Shown here piece by piece: positions 24,387 to 36,671 of a DNA stretch of 64,000 nucleotides. Both the position numbers and the translations under genes were made by a program. The DNA is from Anthoceros angustus (taxonomy: Eukaryota; Plantae; Anthocerotophyta), in contig MU008201.1 of assembly GCA_010909165.1 (NCBI GenBank), positions 1 through 64,000 on the forward strand. The letters are read 5' to 3'. How positions within the stretch are numbered: position 1 is the first letter of the stretch; each line of letters starts with the position of its first letter. The notes under the pieces were generated by a model. That model had not been told where the DNA came from. It saw nothing but the letters and a program-made list of their open reading frames with translations, and ran no database searches.

Positions 24387-25908
24387 CCAAACAATAACAT
24401 CTAGAGAGAAAAAGACATTCTTCGTTTTTTCTGTCCCCGCTTGAGGAATGACATGATAGCCGGAGTTCATGGGAACTCCATAGTAAAGTAATGAGGGTTT
24501 CTTCCTTTTTTGTCCTCCTTTTGGTCGGATACTACTCGGATCGTGGTAGCGATTCTTCCTTTTTTGTTCTCCCTTGAGGAGTAACATGGAGTAACATGGC
24601 TAAGCAACCTTCTCGCGGGATCACTATTGGGATGGTGGTAGCATGTTCGAATCTCACAGCCCACTGCGTTCGGGTGGAAAGATGGTTCCCTGCATTTTTG
24701 TCCTTCTTTGAGAAGTGACATAGTAATCAGGAGTTCATTGGAACTCCGTAGTTAAGCAGCCTTATGATCAGCTCTCTATTGAAATGAGGAACCACCTACT
24801 ACCGATTACTCCTTCCTAGCACTTGGTGACTACTGCGATGGGGTACCACCCATCGCCAAGTAGGTATTCTGGTCTACCTATTCTCCCTTGGTGATTATTG
24901 GGATGGGATACCACCCATCGCCTATTACTCCTTGCTGTTGGAATCATCCCGATGGATACACAACCCATCCGGTACACAACCCATCACCTCTTATACCCGG
25001 CCCTTGGTGGCATGCCTGTTCTAAGCCCTTCGAGATGCCTGATATATGATCTGAGTTGTAATGTCCTTTGGAGTGAAGCCCTTCGAGCTGCGTGATATAT
25101 GATTTTCGTTGTAAGGTCCTTTGGAGTCTCATAAATTATGTGGAATATAAATACTTGATCAATTTCACAGAAAAAGATGTCATAAATTATATGGAATGTA
25201 AATACTGGATCAATTATCTAGACAGTAACTATGATATATAATATTTATAATATATCTATATACCTATATAATAACCAACCGAAGAATCTTTTGGTTAGAA
25301 GAGTATAAGGAGTCGAGGAAGGCATCTGCGTCCGTTTTCGGGCTTTGGTTTTTCCATCGCGCCTGCCCCTCCCCTCGTGCGGATCTTGGGCGCTGTAAAT
25401 GTTTAGGAGTCGAGGACTCTTGGAGTAGGACGTTGAATTCCAATATATTCACATACATATAATGTTCTGTATTCACATACATATGTACCTAGTTAAAATT
25501 CCATGTCGTTGGTTCAACACGGTTGCCCATGTCAGAGCCCGCGACCCCATGAGTCACTGGTCAGTGGCTGTGTATCAATGGTGGCCCCATCCACGATCGG
25601 CTATTTGCTGACTTGGTCTGCGTCATCAAGCCAGCGCCTTCTTGTCCGACTCAAATGTAACCGGCTTGGAGGCTTGTGCCGGGGCAGCCGGCCGCATTGC
25701 GAGCGTCAGCTTCTACATGTTTGGCTTTGCACGTGTGCGGATTGGCTCGCGGCGGCATCCGCGCCGGGTTGGCGGATTGGTGTTTTAGAATCCGGAGCGG
25801 AGGAAGGGAAAATTTTGGTGCGCAGGCGTGCTGTGCAGGTGGTAGATCTTGAGCTGGAATTGGGAGCTGTATGTATCGTGCGTAGGAGGATTTGAAGCGG
25901 CGAGGAAG

Positions 25909-26775
25909 ATGTTGCAAGAATGTGTGGACAACTGCATGAAAATCTGCACTTGCGCGGGGAGGCAGGAGGCGGACAATCCGGTAGTGGTGCTGAGGAAAGA
26001 TGGCCAGGTGTCGGAGTTTCCCAGGAGGATCAGGTGCTCCGAGGTGCTGGCCGAAAATCCGCACTACAGAATTTGCCATGCCAGCTCCTTGCTGTTGAAG
26101 CAGAAGGGGCGGATACTGTCGAATGCCGCCATGTTGGAGCCGGGGGAGATCTACTTTCTTGTGCCACAGCCTGGGACGCCTGCAGCCGGCAAGGGGGCCA
26201 TGTCCAAGGGAGCGGATTCCTCCATGCATTTCATGATCCCTAAAGAGTATTTGGAGAAGATTGCTGGAGATTTCGCTAATTCTGCCAACGCTGCCAGATC
26301 TGGTGCTGGCAGGAGGAGAGTGAAGAAGGCTGCCTCTAAGGTGCAGGGTCTGAAGAGGTCCAGGTCGAAGAGCAACTTTGTTTCTTCTTTTGATTCGTCT
26401 ATGCAGTTTGTTGTACCGAAGGACATTTTGTCTAAGTCTGGCGAAGAGGCCGCTAGCGCTGCATCTGATTACGGATCAGGACTGGCTGCGGTTCCGAAGG
26501 CCAGACCTGTGCTGACCAGAAGTGCTACCATAGGGAAGGGTAGGCCTCAGATCAGGTTGAAGAGGAACAGGCGCGTCTGGGTGCCGCCTTTGGACACCAT
26601 CGCTGAAGGGAGCTCTGGCCGATCATCTCTGGCGTCCAGGGGACACAGCAGATCGTCGGGAAGGTCCTTTGAAGCCGCATCTTTTCGGGATCCTCACGGG
26701 AATGGGACATCGTTTAGCACGCTGGATGAGACTTTAAGAGAAGACGAGGATGTAGCCCTTGCCTCACAATCTTGA
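25909..26775 (+). CDS. DUF4228 (PADRE) domain protein, intronless
   Basis: CMKICTCAG...VVVLRKDGQVSEFPRRIRCSEVLAENPHYRICH...LEPGEIYFLVP, followed by a Ser/Arg-rich tail containing WVPPLDTIAE. Confidence 0.8.
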   Translation: MLQECVDNCMKICTCAGRQEADNPVVVLRKDGQVSEFPRRIRCSEVLAENPHYRICHASSLLLKQKGRILSNAAMLEPGEIYFLVPQPGTPAAGKGAMSKGADSSMHFMIPKEYLEKIAGDFANSANAARSGAGRRRVKKAASKVQGLKRSRSKSNFVSSFDSSMQFVVPKDILSKSGEEAASAASDYGSGLAAVPKARPVLTRSATIGKGRPQIRLKRNRRVWVPPLDTIAEGSSGRSSLASRGHSRSSGRSFEAASFRDPHGNGTSFSTLDETLREDEDVALASQS

Positions 26776-27467
26776 TGGTGCTGTTGCGAAAAAGAGATGC
26801 CGTGGATGAGAGCTTGGTTTTCTCGCTTGCGAGTGATCTTTCTGAGTGAAGACATTCTCATTCTGAGGTTGTGCTGGGAACGGTCACTCGTCCGGTCGAA
26901 TTTGCAAGCTGAGAAGCGGGAGGCTTGCATCTGTTGACCTTGCGGCAGCTAGCTTGTCTAGACTTGGAGCTCCCTCACGACTCTTTTGGCCAAATGTTGG
27001 CAAGTGCGATAGGTTGGAGGAGCGACATCGGAAACAAATAGGAACTGTACAGTAGAATGTGTGCTCGTCCTTGTACATTAGTATACATTTGTAGCTAGAA
27101 CTGGCTTTGGTGAGGGCAGTTTCTCTCCATTGTGCACCGTGTCTTGGTGTGCTGCTGTCATCGGAAAGGTCTGCTTCGGTATTTCAGACTAAAATCTTGG
27201 TGCGTGATGATCGTCATTTCCAGAAAACGTTAAAGAATCTTGGTTTTTGTGAGGAAAAGGTGCAGTGCTGCTCATGTAGACAGGAACCACAAGTGGAATG
27301 AGCCGTCAGGGGCAAGCACGGTTGAACTTCGAAATCAGGGACACGCACGGTTTACCATGCAGGAGGACCTTTCATCATATCGTATGTACAGTCAGTGAAT
27401 GCAGAAGCTTCTTCGGCTGCCCATTTGGTTCCACGCCACTTGTTGATCTCTTTTAAACTTGTCTACA

Positions 27468-28349
27468 CTAGCTGCTGCTTTCCATAGCACTCATACGCTT
27501 TGTTATGAGATCCACAGCAGCATTAGCGGAAGTGAAAGCTCCATGGAAGCTTTCCTTGAATGAGAATGTCTCTAGATTGCTAACCATTTGCATGAGAATG
27601 TCCCCAATATCAAGCTGCTTTTCCAACAAGCAGTAGTAGAACACGGAGGCGCAACGCCTACTGATTTCTGCATTTGCAGGTTCAGGGCAGTACTCATCAT
27701 CAAGCCACTGGTGCAGGGCTTTCTTCAGCCACTCGGATTCCTGCAAGGAGCCACATGTCAATAACGCAGGTATTGTGCTGCCCCGCCTCATGAAATCATC
27801 CATTGAGCTCTCTGCTGCTCCCATAGAAAATCTTGTCACCTATCCTACAACAGACTACCCTAGTTCCAGCTGCCTCGCTCAGGCTGCAGATTTGGGTGCA
27901 ACCCACTTCCAACCAGTGACTCAAATCTGAATGTGGCCTGACCCTAAGCTTGCAAGCACTGTAGCAACGACAAGCAGAGCCCCAATCTTGGAGCCCAGGG
28001 GAAAGGATGAACACCAAGCTGCGGAATGACGACGCCCAGGAAAGTATAAACCGTGTTTACAGCATACCTTCTCTGCCTCAGATGGGACGGTCCACGCCTC
28101 AGGTACCTGCAGGGATGGCAGCTCGGCAGCCTCGAATTCCTCCTGTCCTGATGCCACACAGCAGGTGAGCCTTCCTTGAGCTTTTGTTCCACAAGGGTGG
28201 CTGGAGCGGGATACAGAATTCTGACCGCGACGGTCTGAAGTCTTCCCCGGAATCCGCAAACAGGACAGTCCTGGAGATACAGCACCTCGCGTCCCCAGAA
28301 TTGAGCAGGTCAAGCCTACCAAGTCTCCACCCTGCGCAGCCAGGGCCAT
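27468..28349 (-). CDS. Conserved plastid-targeted protein of unknown function (184 aa, one intron)
   Basis: Exons 28349-28068 and 27740-27468. Transit-like N-terminus, then VPEAWTVPSEAEK|ESEWLKKALHQWLDDEYCPEPANAEISRRCA...FKESFHGAFTSANAAVDLI, a motif I recall from conserved plant proteins with cyanobacterial relatives. Confidence 0.75.
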
Positions 28350-28761
28350 AGCAGCGCTAAGACCTACAGACCGCAGCAGGGCGAGGGAACCTGGAGGGCA
28401 GCGTCAGGCCGTCCAATCCACCACCCCGCATGCGATTATTCTGCACTTGTCTGCAAGAGGTACAGAAGGATGAGAGGACGCGATACTTCTGGGCAGGTGA
28501 AGGGGACAACGCTTTCGAGCTGAGTTTCGCAAGGATAAGATGCAGAGCGGACAGATGCTGTAGGCCGAAAAAGCGACTGTGAAGGCCAGATGTGCACAGG
28601 TTATGCAGCGCTGGATAAGCAGCATCATGTGAAGGCTTGCAGATAAAACAGATTTTGAAACATCGTTTCTCAGATGCCCAGAAGATGAGACCTACCTACT
28701 ACCATGTTGGAACACTTCGGTCTAATTACAATCTTGCTAGCGCAACAAGCAGGCTTAAACC

Positions 28762-30273
28762 TCATCTGAATCGGGCCCTATCGTGCGGCGCCGAGTAATC
28801 GAAAGGAAACCCAAGAGGGATTATGCCATGAGGGTTGATAGTGGGGTGACTGCCATAATAGTGCCTCTTGATGTGATCCATTTTCACAGTGTCAGCGACG
28901 CCATTGGTTTGGTAGATATCTCTCGTGTAGTTGATCAAATTGGGGTACTCTCTGATGAAATGCTTGTTGCATTTGAAGTGCACAACGTAGACCTGCAAAA
29001 CAGCAGTTGGCTCTCTTATTTAATCTCATGTTTCAACACACACACCCGCTTTGCTAATGTCATGTTTCAAGAAGAGAGCGAACCTCATCAAACCGGATCA
29101 GGGTGACAAATAAACGGATGTCTGCCTCTGTCAACGTGTTGCCTACCAGGTACCTCTGTGTCCCCAAAATACCTTCGACTCTTTCCAGTGCATTGAACAC
29201 ATCATGGAAAGCCTGGATGCAGTGCAAAGCAAGAATCAGTCCTTTGACCTAAACCACGAACTGACAGAGCTCCCCAGCAGGTCAGGAAAGGACAGGATGG
29301 AAGCAACACCAACCTCTTCATAAGGCTTCTGCTTAGTTGCAAAGCCTGCCCGGTACACACCATTGTTAATGGACGGGTAAACCCACTCATTCACCTCGTC
29401 AATCTCCTTCCTCAGTGGCTCCGGGTACAGATCCAGCGCTGGGTTCTTGGCTATGTGGTTGAACTCGGAATTGAACATGCGCACGATCTCCGAGCTCTCG
29501 TTGTTGACGATGGTGTGCTTCTCCTTGTCCCACAGGACCTGAACAGGCATGCATGACGCACAAGAGAGACCTCAGCTACAAGCAGGAGCGGAAACCGATC
29601 TGCAATTCTGGGACATATGTCGCTCAACACTTACGGGTACAGTGTATCTGCCATTGTACTTAGGATCAGCTCTGTCATACAGGTCCCGAATGCTTTTGGA
29701 CCCAAAAAGAGGATCCCTGTGGGCATCTGGCTCCTCGGCTCCAGGATGCGGGAAGACCCACCCGAAGTGCTCGTCATTCTCCTTCGTCCTCTCCCATTTC
29801 GCATTGGTGGCCTGCGCAGAGACCAGGTCCATCCAGTACCATCCCAGCTGACAAAAAAGAGCCCACTACATTGAGAGCGAGGTCCAGCAGCTTACAGTCA
29901 GCCCGATGGCGTGCTCCAAACCCTTGAGCTTGATGGCAGCGTAGCATCGAGACGCCCAGGGGCAGGCATACGAGATGTAGAGATGGTACCGGCCAGCTAC
30001 AGGGGGAAACTCAGCTCCCTCCTTGCTGGAGATCCAGTTGCGGAAAACCGAGGCCGGCCTCTTGAACTCCCCATCCTTGAGATCCGACAGAGTGGTTTTT
30101 CCTGGGGCCATCTGGGCGGACACGACGCACACACCCCGGCTTTTGCTGCAGCTCCTCACTTTAAGTTCAGGAAGGCCAACTCCAACAAATCTCTGCAGCC
30201 CAGTTCTCAGTCCAACCAACCCAGCTCTGTCCACTCTCAGAAGAGCAACAGGCGGCGCTGCCAGACTCAACAT
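28762..30273 (-). CDS. Glutathionyl-hydroquinone reductase (Xi/omega-like GST, YqjG/ECM4 family) with transit peptide
   Basis: [39 protein letters not shown]|[67 protein letters not shown]. Confidence 0.92.
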
Positions 30274-30784
30274 TCAAGCAGGTACGCGATCCCCAGCCCC
30301 AGCCCTCTGCTTTTGTTGGGCACATGCAAATGGTGCGAATGAATCGTGGCAGCTGCTGATTAAATACAAGTGCCATCTGCGGATGTGGCGCACCAAAGGA
30401 CAAGATGCTCACTGACAGTGGGGAGGGTTGCCGGTTTTGGAGTCTCTCCTGGGGGAAGCTGCAAAGGCACCTTCGCCTGGATAATATTGCGCTTTTCTCA
30501 AAAACTGCATGTCTGTTTCTCTTTATCCTGTTCAGTACGTTGGGATTGTCCGACACTGTGTCGTCGGTTGGCCTCGATGAGCATGATTGTGGTTGTACTT
30601 GATTCGTGTTCTCCACTGAAACCCTAACCTCTTCGTGGACATTGGAAAATGCTAGTTCTCGGATGGGAAATGGTGGAAGCGGAGGATGGTGGGGTGGAAG
30701 ATTTGGGAGAAATCTGACGTGTTCAGATAGGAGTAGTGTTGTGAGCAGCATGTGAGCGAGCGGAGTGCAACAGATCGTGTGACA

Positions 30785-31919
30785 ATGTCGAATCCTCTGC
30801 GGCTTATGAATTTTGTGCCTGAGGTATGAGGTGGAGGTTGGAACTGGAGCTGTTGTGAATTGCTATTGTGCAGAGGGTTTAGGGTTGATGCTGTGCAGGC
30901 GGGCGAAGAGATCGTGTCGAGGCAACCCGTGATCCCCGACAGGCCTCTGTTTGAGGTGGGTTGGTGCAGTCTAGCAAGGTTGCGAAGTTTCGTCAGTGTT
31001 GCTGCTGTGTGATGAGATGTAAATGAGTGGGTTTGAATTCATTGGCAGATTCTAAAGGAAAACAAAGACAAGAAGGATGCGGAATTCAATGAACGCTTCA
31101 AGCATCGTTAGCACGTTGTTGCTTCCTTTCCGTTTCCAGGAATTTAGGTCGCCTTGGTGGATGCATGATGTTGGTTTTGGTGTGCGTAGGGCCACCCAAG
31201 GCACTTGACGAAGATGAGACGGAATTTCTGGAGCTTGTTCGGACGGTGAGCATTGTGGAAGCTCTGTAGCCGTCCGTGGCCAGGATAATGCGAGCTGGTC
31301 TTTTTTATCGTAGTTTTTGTCGTATGCTTCTACGATGTAAGGCCGGCGCGTAGACAACTGACTCTCGCTTATCTTGGCTGCAGCACAAGCAGGAGCAGGA
31401 GAGACTGATTGCAACTGAGGAGGCGCGTGAGCTGGAGGAATTTCATGTCTGTCAGCAAGCTGTGCCCCTTGTTAAGTCATCGCAATAAGCTGTTTGTCCA
31501 ACATCTCTGTGAGCTCAAAAGATTTCTGTCGTTCCTATGGATGCAGGCAGCCATTGCAAGCAGGGCTGCTATCTCTGAAGAGCAAAAAGTTACTGCTGTC
31601 AAACATGAGGTTCGTCATCGGTTTGAGCCAAGATGTCTGTTGGCGCCCAGTCGCTGGGTAGGTAGACTAACCCAGAGAATGGTGCCTTCAGCAGAACGAG
31701 AGACCAGCCCTCAACAAGGTCCAAAGTCGTCCCAAGACCCATGCAGCTTTCATAAGAATTGTCCCACAAGCCAAGAAGGCAAAATTGGACGTAGGTTCGA
31801 AAGACACGCAGTCCGCCTCCGTAAGCCCAGCTGCGGATGATGTTAAAACTGATGACAAACCAGGTAGCACTGCATTGGGACTTGTGTCCTATAGCGATGA
31901 AAGTGACGATGAGGACTGA
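30785..31919 (+). CDS. FAM192A / NIP30 (PSME3-interacting) family protein
   Basis: Small exons read LRLMNFV, DRPLFE|ILKENKDKKDAEFNERFKH, PPKALDEDETEFL, and end in LGLVSYSDESDDED*. Confidence 0.85.
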
Positions 31920-32078
31920 ACAGTGAGAAGTTTTTGCTCCATTCCGTCCGTGTACAGCAATTGTTGTACAAGTTTTGCATCACTGAAGTATGTAATCCTC
32001 ATTGCGCCCATGACACAGGATTGCCGCCAATAGCAGACATTAATAAAAGGGCCCTCCACCTATAAGACCACAGATTGG

Positions 32079-33914
32079 TCACAGGCGGGTGCAGGTCATG
32101 TCGAAGTCATCGGGAGCTATCCGCATTATCCAAGAACTTAGAGTCCTTTTTGCCTCAGTGCTATTCATGGATGATAGTTCGTACATGCTGCACAGGTTCA
32201 AGACGAGTGACTCCGTCAACGCTGTCAAGGGACTCTTTTGTAGCACATCTTCCAGGACTTGAGTTGCCCCGACCAGGTCCCTCGAGTACATCTGACACAA
32301 GGCCTTGTTGTTTGCAGCAATTTCATCCCCAGGATCCTGTCTCAAAACTGCTTCGAATTTCTTGCTCGCTGCTGGGTACTGCTTAAGCGCGAAGAGTAAC
32401 AGTCCCCGGTTTCTGCCTATCAGGTTTGCAATTGGTCCTGGCGCATTGCCCTCCTTGCCAGCAAGAGATTCCACTGCTGCGAAGGTTAACTTGGCCCCAT
32501 CTAGATCACCCACCTGCAGCTGCACATACCCATACTTGGAGAGCAGCACAAGATCATTCGGCCTGCTCTTCAGCAGCTGCTCCAGCCAACTGAAGGCCAC
32601 CATGAAGTCCTTGTCACCCAAATGATGGCTCACAGCAGTGTGCAACACCATCTCTTGCCGTCGTCTCCACTTTTCCAGCATCAACTGGTACCCTGCAGGT
32701 GAGTGGTCAACTGCAGCATCTGGGCTGAAAGAGTTGCTCCTCACCTGCTCCTCATCATCCACCCACCCTGAATGGGAACTCACCCCTGCATGTTGCGAGG
32801 ACCCTGTCAGCAAATCCACCTCAGGAGCAGGACCTGCTTCCCTGCTGTCCTCCGCCTGCTTCAGGCTCTCTTCAAGATTGTCTAACTTCTTGTTGCAGTG
32901 TGCCAGCAGCTCATACAGACGGTCAGATGCCTTGGCTGACTCACCCAACCATCGGGGAAGAATGGCATACAGCCATCTCAAGCCAAATGGAACCATGGAC
33001 CCAAACTTGCCAGGATACAGAGATGGGTTCTCCTCATACCGGAACTTGGGGTCGTCAAGGTCCCCCAGCGCAGCAAGCTCATCAGCAGCAGCTCCATAGT
33101 TTCGCAGCTTCATCAGGGCCAAGACATGGTAGCTTGTGTAAGAAAGCTGCAGGTCGAGGGAGCTGACAATGTCTCGCTTTCTGGTCTCCTTCACCTTCTC
33201 CACTATAGCCCGCCAAGAGCCTTGCCTTGCCAGCTTCTGGAGGCTGCCGAGGTCGGAGGAAACGTCCTGCACTGAGATCCTCCTGAAAGGAAATGAGGAG
33301 CTCCTTCGATCCTGGAAATGGACTGCTGGAGGGTCTGGGACGATGTCCTTCGAGAAGCTCGGAGCCCTGTTGGCCATGCGAGAGGGGTAATTGCCGGAAG
33401 ATGCGGATGCAGCTGGAGAAGGGGGACCAAGGGAGCCTGATGATCTCCTGCTGTAACTGGAGTGCCTAGACATGGGTTGAGGGGAAAGACTTTGGTCCTC
33501 GCCCTGATCTGCGCTGTCATTCCCCATGAGAGGATGCGAGATGACCTCATTTCCTCCAGATTCCCGGACCATAGAATGCTGAGGAGCTGGAGTTCCCGAG
33601 GAAGGTTGGGGGAAAATAGAGGAAAGGGAGGCCGAGCGTGGCATGGGAGAGGACGGAGATGGGGATAGGTACTTGCTGGGTCCCGATTCAGGAACCGAGG
33701 CATGCCCCTGTGCTGAACCAGAAGCAGAAGGGAAGAAGGAGGAGTTCCGCTGGAACGCAGGGAAGGACGGAACAGGAGGCGGCTTTGAAGCAGAGTGTGA
33801 TCCTGTTTCTGTGTGCCGAGTAGCAGACTCTGATCCAGCTCCGTTGGCCACACTGGTGAGCGCATCGTCGGGTAAGCTGGGTGATTCCCCCTGCTGGCGT
33901 TTGTTGTCGTCCAT
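32079..33914 (-). CDS. TRAPPC12: Trafficking protein particle complex subunit 12 (TPR protein), intronless, 611 aa
   Basis: LQKLARQGSWRAIVEKV, YHVLALMKLRNYGAAADEL, VPFGLRWLYA, ANNKALCQMYSRDLVGATQVLE, LVLNLCSMYEL, APDDFDMTC. Confidence 0.88.
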   Translation of the reverse strand: MDDNKRQQGESPSLPDDALTSVANGAGSESATRHTETGSHSASKPPPVPSFPAFQRNSSFFPSASGSAQGHASVPESGPSKYLSPSPSSPMPRSASLSSIFPQPSSGTPAPQHSMVRESGGNEVISHPLMGNDSADQGEDQSLSPQPMSRHSSYSRRSSGSLGPPSPAASASSGNYPSRMANRAPSFSKDIVPDPPAVHFQDRRSSSFPFRRISVQDVSSDLGSLQKLARQGSWRAIVEKVKETRKRDIVSSLDLQLSYTSYHVLALMKLRNYGAAADELAALGDLDDPKFRYEENPSLYPGKFGSMVPFGLRWLYAILPRWLGESAKASDRLYELLAHCNKKLDNLEESLKQAEDSREAGPAPEVDLLTGSSQHAGVSSHSGWVDDEEQVRSNSFSPDAAVDHSPAGYQLMLEKWRRRQEMVLHTAVSHHLGDKDFMVAFSWLEQLLKSRPNDLVLLSKYGYVQLQVGDLDGAKLTFAAVESLAGKEGNAPGPIANLIGRNRGLLLFALKQYPAASKKFEAVLRQDPGDEIAANNKALCQMYSRDLVGATQVLEDVLQKSPLTALTESLVLNLCSMYELSSMNSTEAKRTLSSWIMRIAPDDFDMTCTRL

Positions 33915-34709
33915 GCCTTCCAGTCTTCAGCGACAACAAGGCTATGCTACGCTGGTCTTACCCACAAACTGTCAATCCAGACCTGTTGCCTTCTGCAGAA
34001 GTGGAGATCAGCTTCGCCAAATTACAATGCTGACAAGAACGATATCAGCTACAGAACAGGGGACCCAGGAGAGCGGATTGGAGTCCTAGGATTCCTGCAC
34101 CTGGTGTAGGTAGGAAAAAAATTGCGACCGGCAGAAGGAGCATGAGCTGCACCCGCAACCTGGAGGATCCACAGCTTCGCATTGAAAAGGGTAGTTGGGA
34201 TTCCAACTCCAATATGACTTTCAGCCGTCACAATTCCAGTCGGAAAGGGTAGCACACCTGGCATGCACGTCAGGCGCACGGCTTCTGGTCTGGGGCTCGC
34301 ATTCTGGACTGCCCTAAAGAATGGCTTCTGTGGGACTTATCTTCACAATTGGAAACTATAATGGAACGCGTCCTCGCCAACCTATGCTGCTGTGGTGTGG
34401 CGCCCGACCGTGCCATGTTACCGCGGTACAATGGCATAAGTGTTCCCAACGTCCAGAAGATCACAGGAAGGTGTGGGTCGTAGCAACACAGCTGATCAAT
34501 TCTGGAAGCTGTATCCGTGTTGCAGCAAGCTATATCTCCCTTGCGTTTGAGCCTCGTGTTGCAAGGCAGCAACACCAGGCTCAAATGCAACGGAGATATA
34601 GCTTCAGCGATGGAGTTGAGAGCCAGTTGCACGGAAGGTATGGAGCTCCGCCTTCGTCTGTGGGTTCACTTGTGGGTTGGTTTCGAAGGAGTTTTTCGTC
34701 GATCTCTGA

Positions 34710-36671
34710 TTGATGGGTGTTGCTTCTTGTAGGATGAATGGAGAGGGACCCAAGATTCGTCAGTTGATGAAACGTTTGTGCCAGGAAGGACGGTTGGATG
34801 AGGCTTTAAGTGTCCTTCGCCTCATGGACCAGGAGGGCATTGTAGCTTGCAAGGAGACTTACCTTTCTCTGTTTCAGGGATGCATCAAAATGAGGGCCCT
34901 TGCGGAGGCAAGGCTAGTGCATGCCCACATTATCCAGAAGGGGTATGAAAGTGACCTCTTTTTGAGTAATTCAGTTGTCAACATGTTTGTGAGATGTGGA
35001 AGCTTTTCAGATGCTATGCAGGCTTTTAGCAGGTTACCTCGACGTAATGCTTTTTCGTGGACGGCAGTCATATCATGGTACAGTAACGGAGGCCAAGGTC
35101 GTGAAGCCTTGCTATGCTACCAGCAAATGCAGGTAGAAGGAATTGCACCAAGCAAGTATACCTTCCTCAGCGTTCTACGAGCCTGTGGCAGCCTAGAGGA
35201 TCTCGGTGAGGGTAGACGGATTCACAATGACATCCTCAAAAGTTGTTGTGAGGCAGATGTTTTTTTGGGAACTGCTCTGGTGGACATGTATGCAAAATGT
35301 GGAAGCATGGTGGATGCACATCAGGTATTCGACTCATTGGAACAGCCGGACGTTGTGGCTTGGACGGCAATGGTTGCAGGCTATGCTCAGCATGGCCAAG
35401 GTGAGAAGGCGTTGCAATTGTTTGCCCAGATGGAGGCACATGGTGTGAAACCAAATGATCGGACCTTTGTCAGTGTGCTCAAAGCGTGTGGCAGCCTTGC
35501 TGTGCTGGAAGAGGAGAAGCTGGTCAACGGAGAGCTGCTGAAGATGGATACTTTGCATAAAGTTAGGGTGATTCATGCTCAACTCGTCAACAGCTATTTT
35601 GAACGTGATGTGTATGTTTCTAACACTCTGATAGACTCGTATGTGAAATGTGGGAGCATGGCAAATGCGAGGCATGTCTTTGACAATGCACCCCAACGCA
35701 CTGTTGTATCGTGGACTGCACTGATTTCAGGATATGCTCAGCAAGAACAAGGGCAAAAGGCTTTGCAACTCTGGGCAGAAATGCAAGAGGATGGTGTGGA
35801 AGCAGATGAGGCTGCATTCCTCTGCTTGCTCAGAGCTTGCAGTCAAGTGGGCGCCCTGCAATATTGTTCTGAAGTTCATCGCAGTCTCCGTCAAAGCGCA
35901 GTTCAGCTGAGCCTGACAGTGTCAAACTGTCTTATCCACACATACGGCAGATGTGGGGCCATGGAGGAAGCCCAGGATGTGTTTAACAGCTTGTCTCATC
36001 CCAACATGGTGTCATGGACTGCTCTCATTGCAGGATACGCCTGGCAAGGGCATTACAACACAAGTCTGCAACGTTTTGATGAAATGAAACAGGCGGGCAT
36101 CCAGCCAGGTGAAGTCACTTTTCTGTCATTGCTTACAGCTTGTTGCCACACTGGCCTTGTGGATAAAGGCCTCGAGCTCTTTGTATCAATGTGCAAAGAC
36201 TACAGCCTGACTCCAACCATTCGACACCATGCTATCCTGGTTGATCTCCTAGCCCGTTCAGGACTGTTGAAACTGGCAGAAAAGTTCCTACTTTCAATGC
36301 CAGTGCAGCCTGATCTTGCAATGTGGTTGTCTTTGCTTTGTGCCTGCCGCAACTACAAGGAAGCGGAGATCGGCATACGGGCCTTCCGACATGCTGTGAC
36401 CCTGGAACCAGCTCAGAGCTCCGCTTACGTGCTGATGAAGGACATATATGCCGATGCTCAGATGTGGGACAACGTAAGGCTGATAGAGGACATGAGGACA
36501 CACGCAGGTGCATGGAAGCAGCCCGGGCAGAGCTGGATCGAGCACGAGGACAAGGTTCACGTGTTTGTAGTAGGAGACACATCCCACCTCCAAATTGTGC
36601 AGATACATGCAAAGCTGAAAGATCTAAGTGTGCTTCTTCAGGAAGGCAAATCAAGTTACTTTGTAGTCTAA
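34710..36671 (+). CDS. PLS-class pentatricopeptide repeat protein with E/E+ domain, no DYW
   Basis: Repeated P-L-S motifs (VFLGTALVDMYAKCG, VVAWTAMVAGYAQHG, TFVSVLKACG), then WLSLLCACR...AYVLMKDIYA...WKQPGQSWIE...HVFVVGD. Confidence 0.93.
   Translation: MMGVASCRMNGEGPKIRQLMKRLCQEGRLDEALSVLRLMDQEGIVACKETYLSLFQGCIKMRALAEARLVHAHIIQKGYESDLFLSNSVVNMFVRCGSFSDAMQAFSRLPRRNAFSWTAVISWYSNGGQGREALLCYQQMQVEGIAPSKYTFLSVLRACGSLEDLGEGRRIHNDILKSCCEADVFLGTALVDMYAKCGSMVDAHQVFDSLEQPDVVAWTAMVAGYAQHGQGEKALQLFAQMEAHGVKPNDRTFVSVLKACGSLAVLEEEKLVNGELLKMDTLHKVRVIHAQLVNSYFERDVYVSNTLIDSYVKCGSMANARHVFDNAPQRTVVSWTALISGYAQQEQGQKALQLWAEMQEDGVEADEAAFLCLLRACSQVGALQYCSEVHRSLRQSAVQLSLTVSNCLIHTYGRCGAMEEAQDVFNSLSHPNMVSWTALIAGYAWQGHYNTSLQRFDEMKQAGIQPGEVTFLSLLTACCHTGLVDKGLELFVSMCKDYSLTPTIRHHAILVDLLARSGLLKLAEKFLLSMPVQPDLAMWLSLLCACRNYKEAEIGIRAFRHAVTLEPAQSSAYVLMKDIYADAQMWDNVRLIEDMRTHAGAWKQPGQSWIEHEDKVHVFVVGDTSHLQIVQIHAKLKDLSVLLQEGKSSYFVV

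Noticed and set aside
24400-25250. Possible transposon relic with short local repeats
   Set aside because: No termini or protein motif could be identified.
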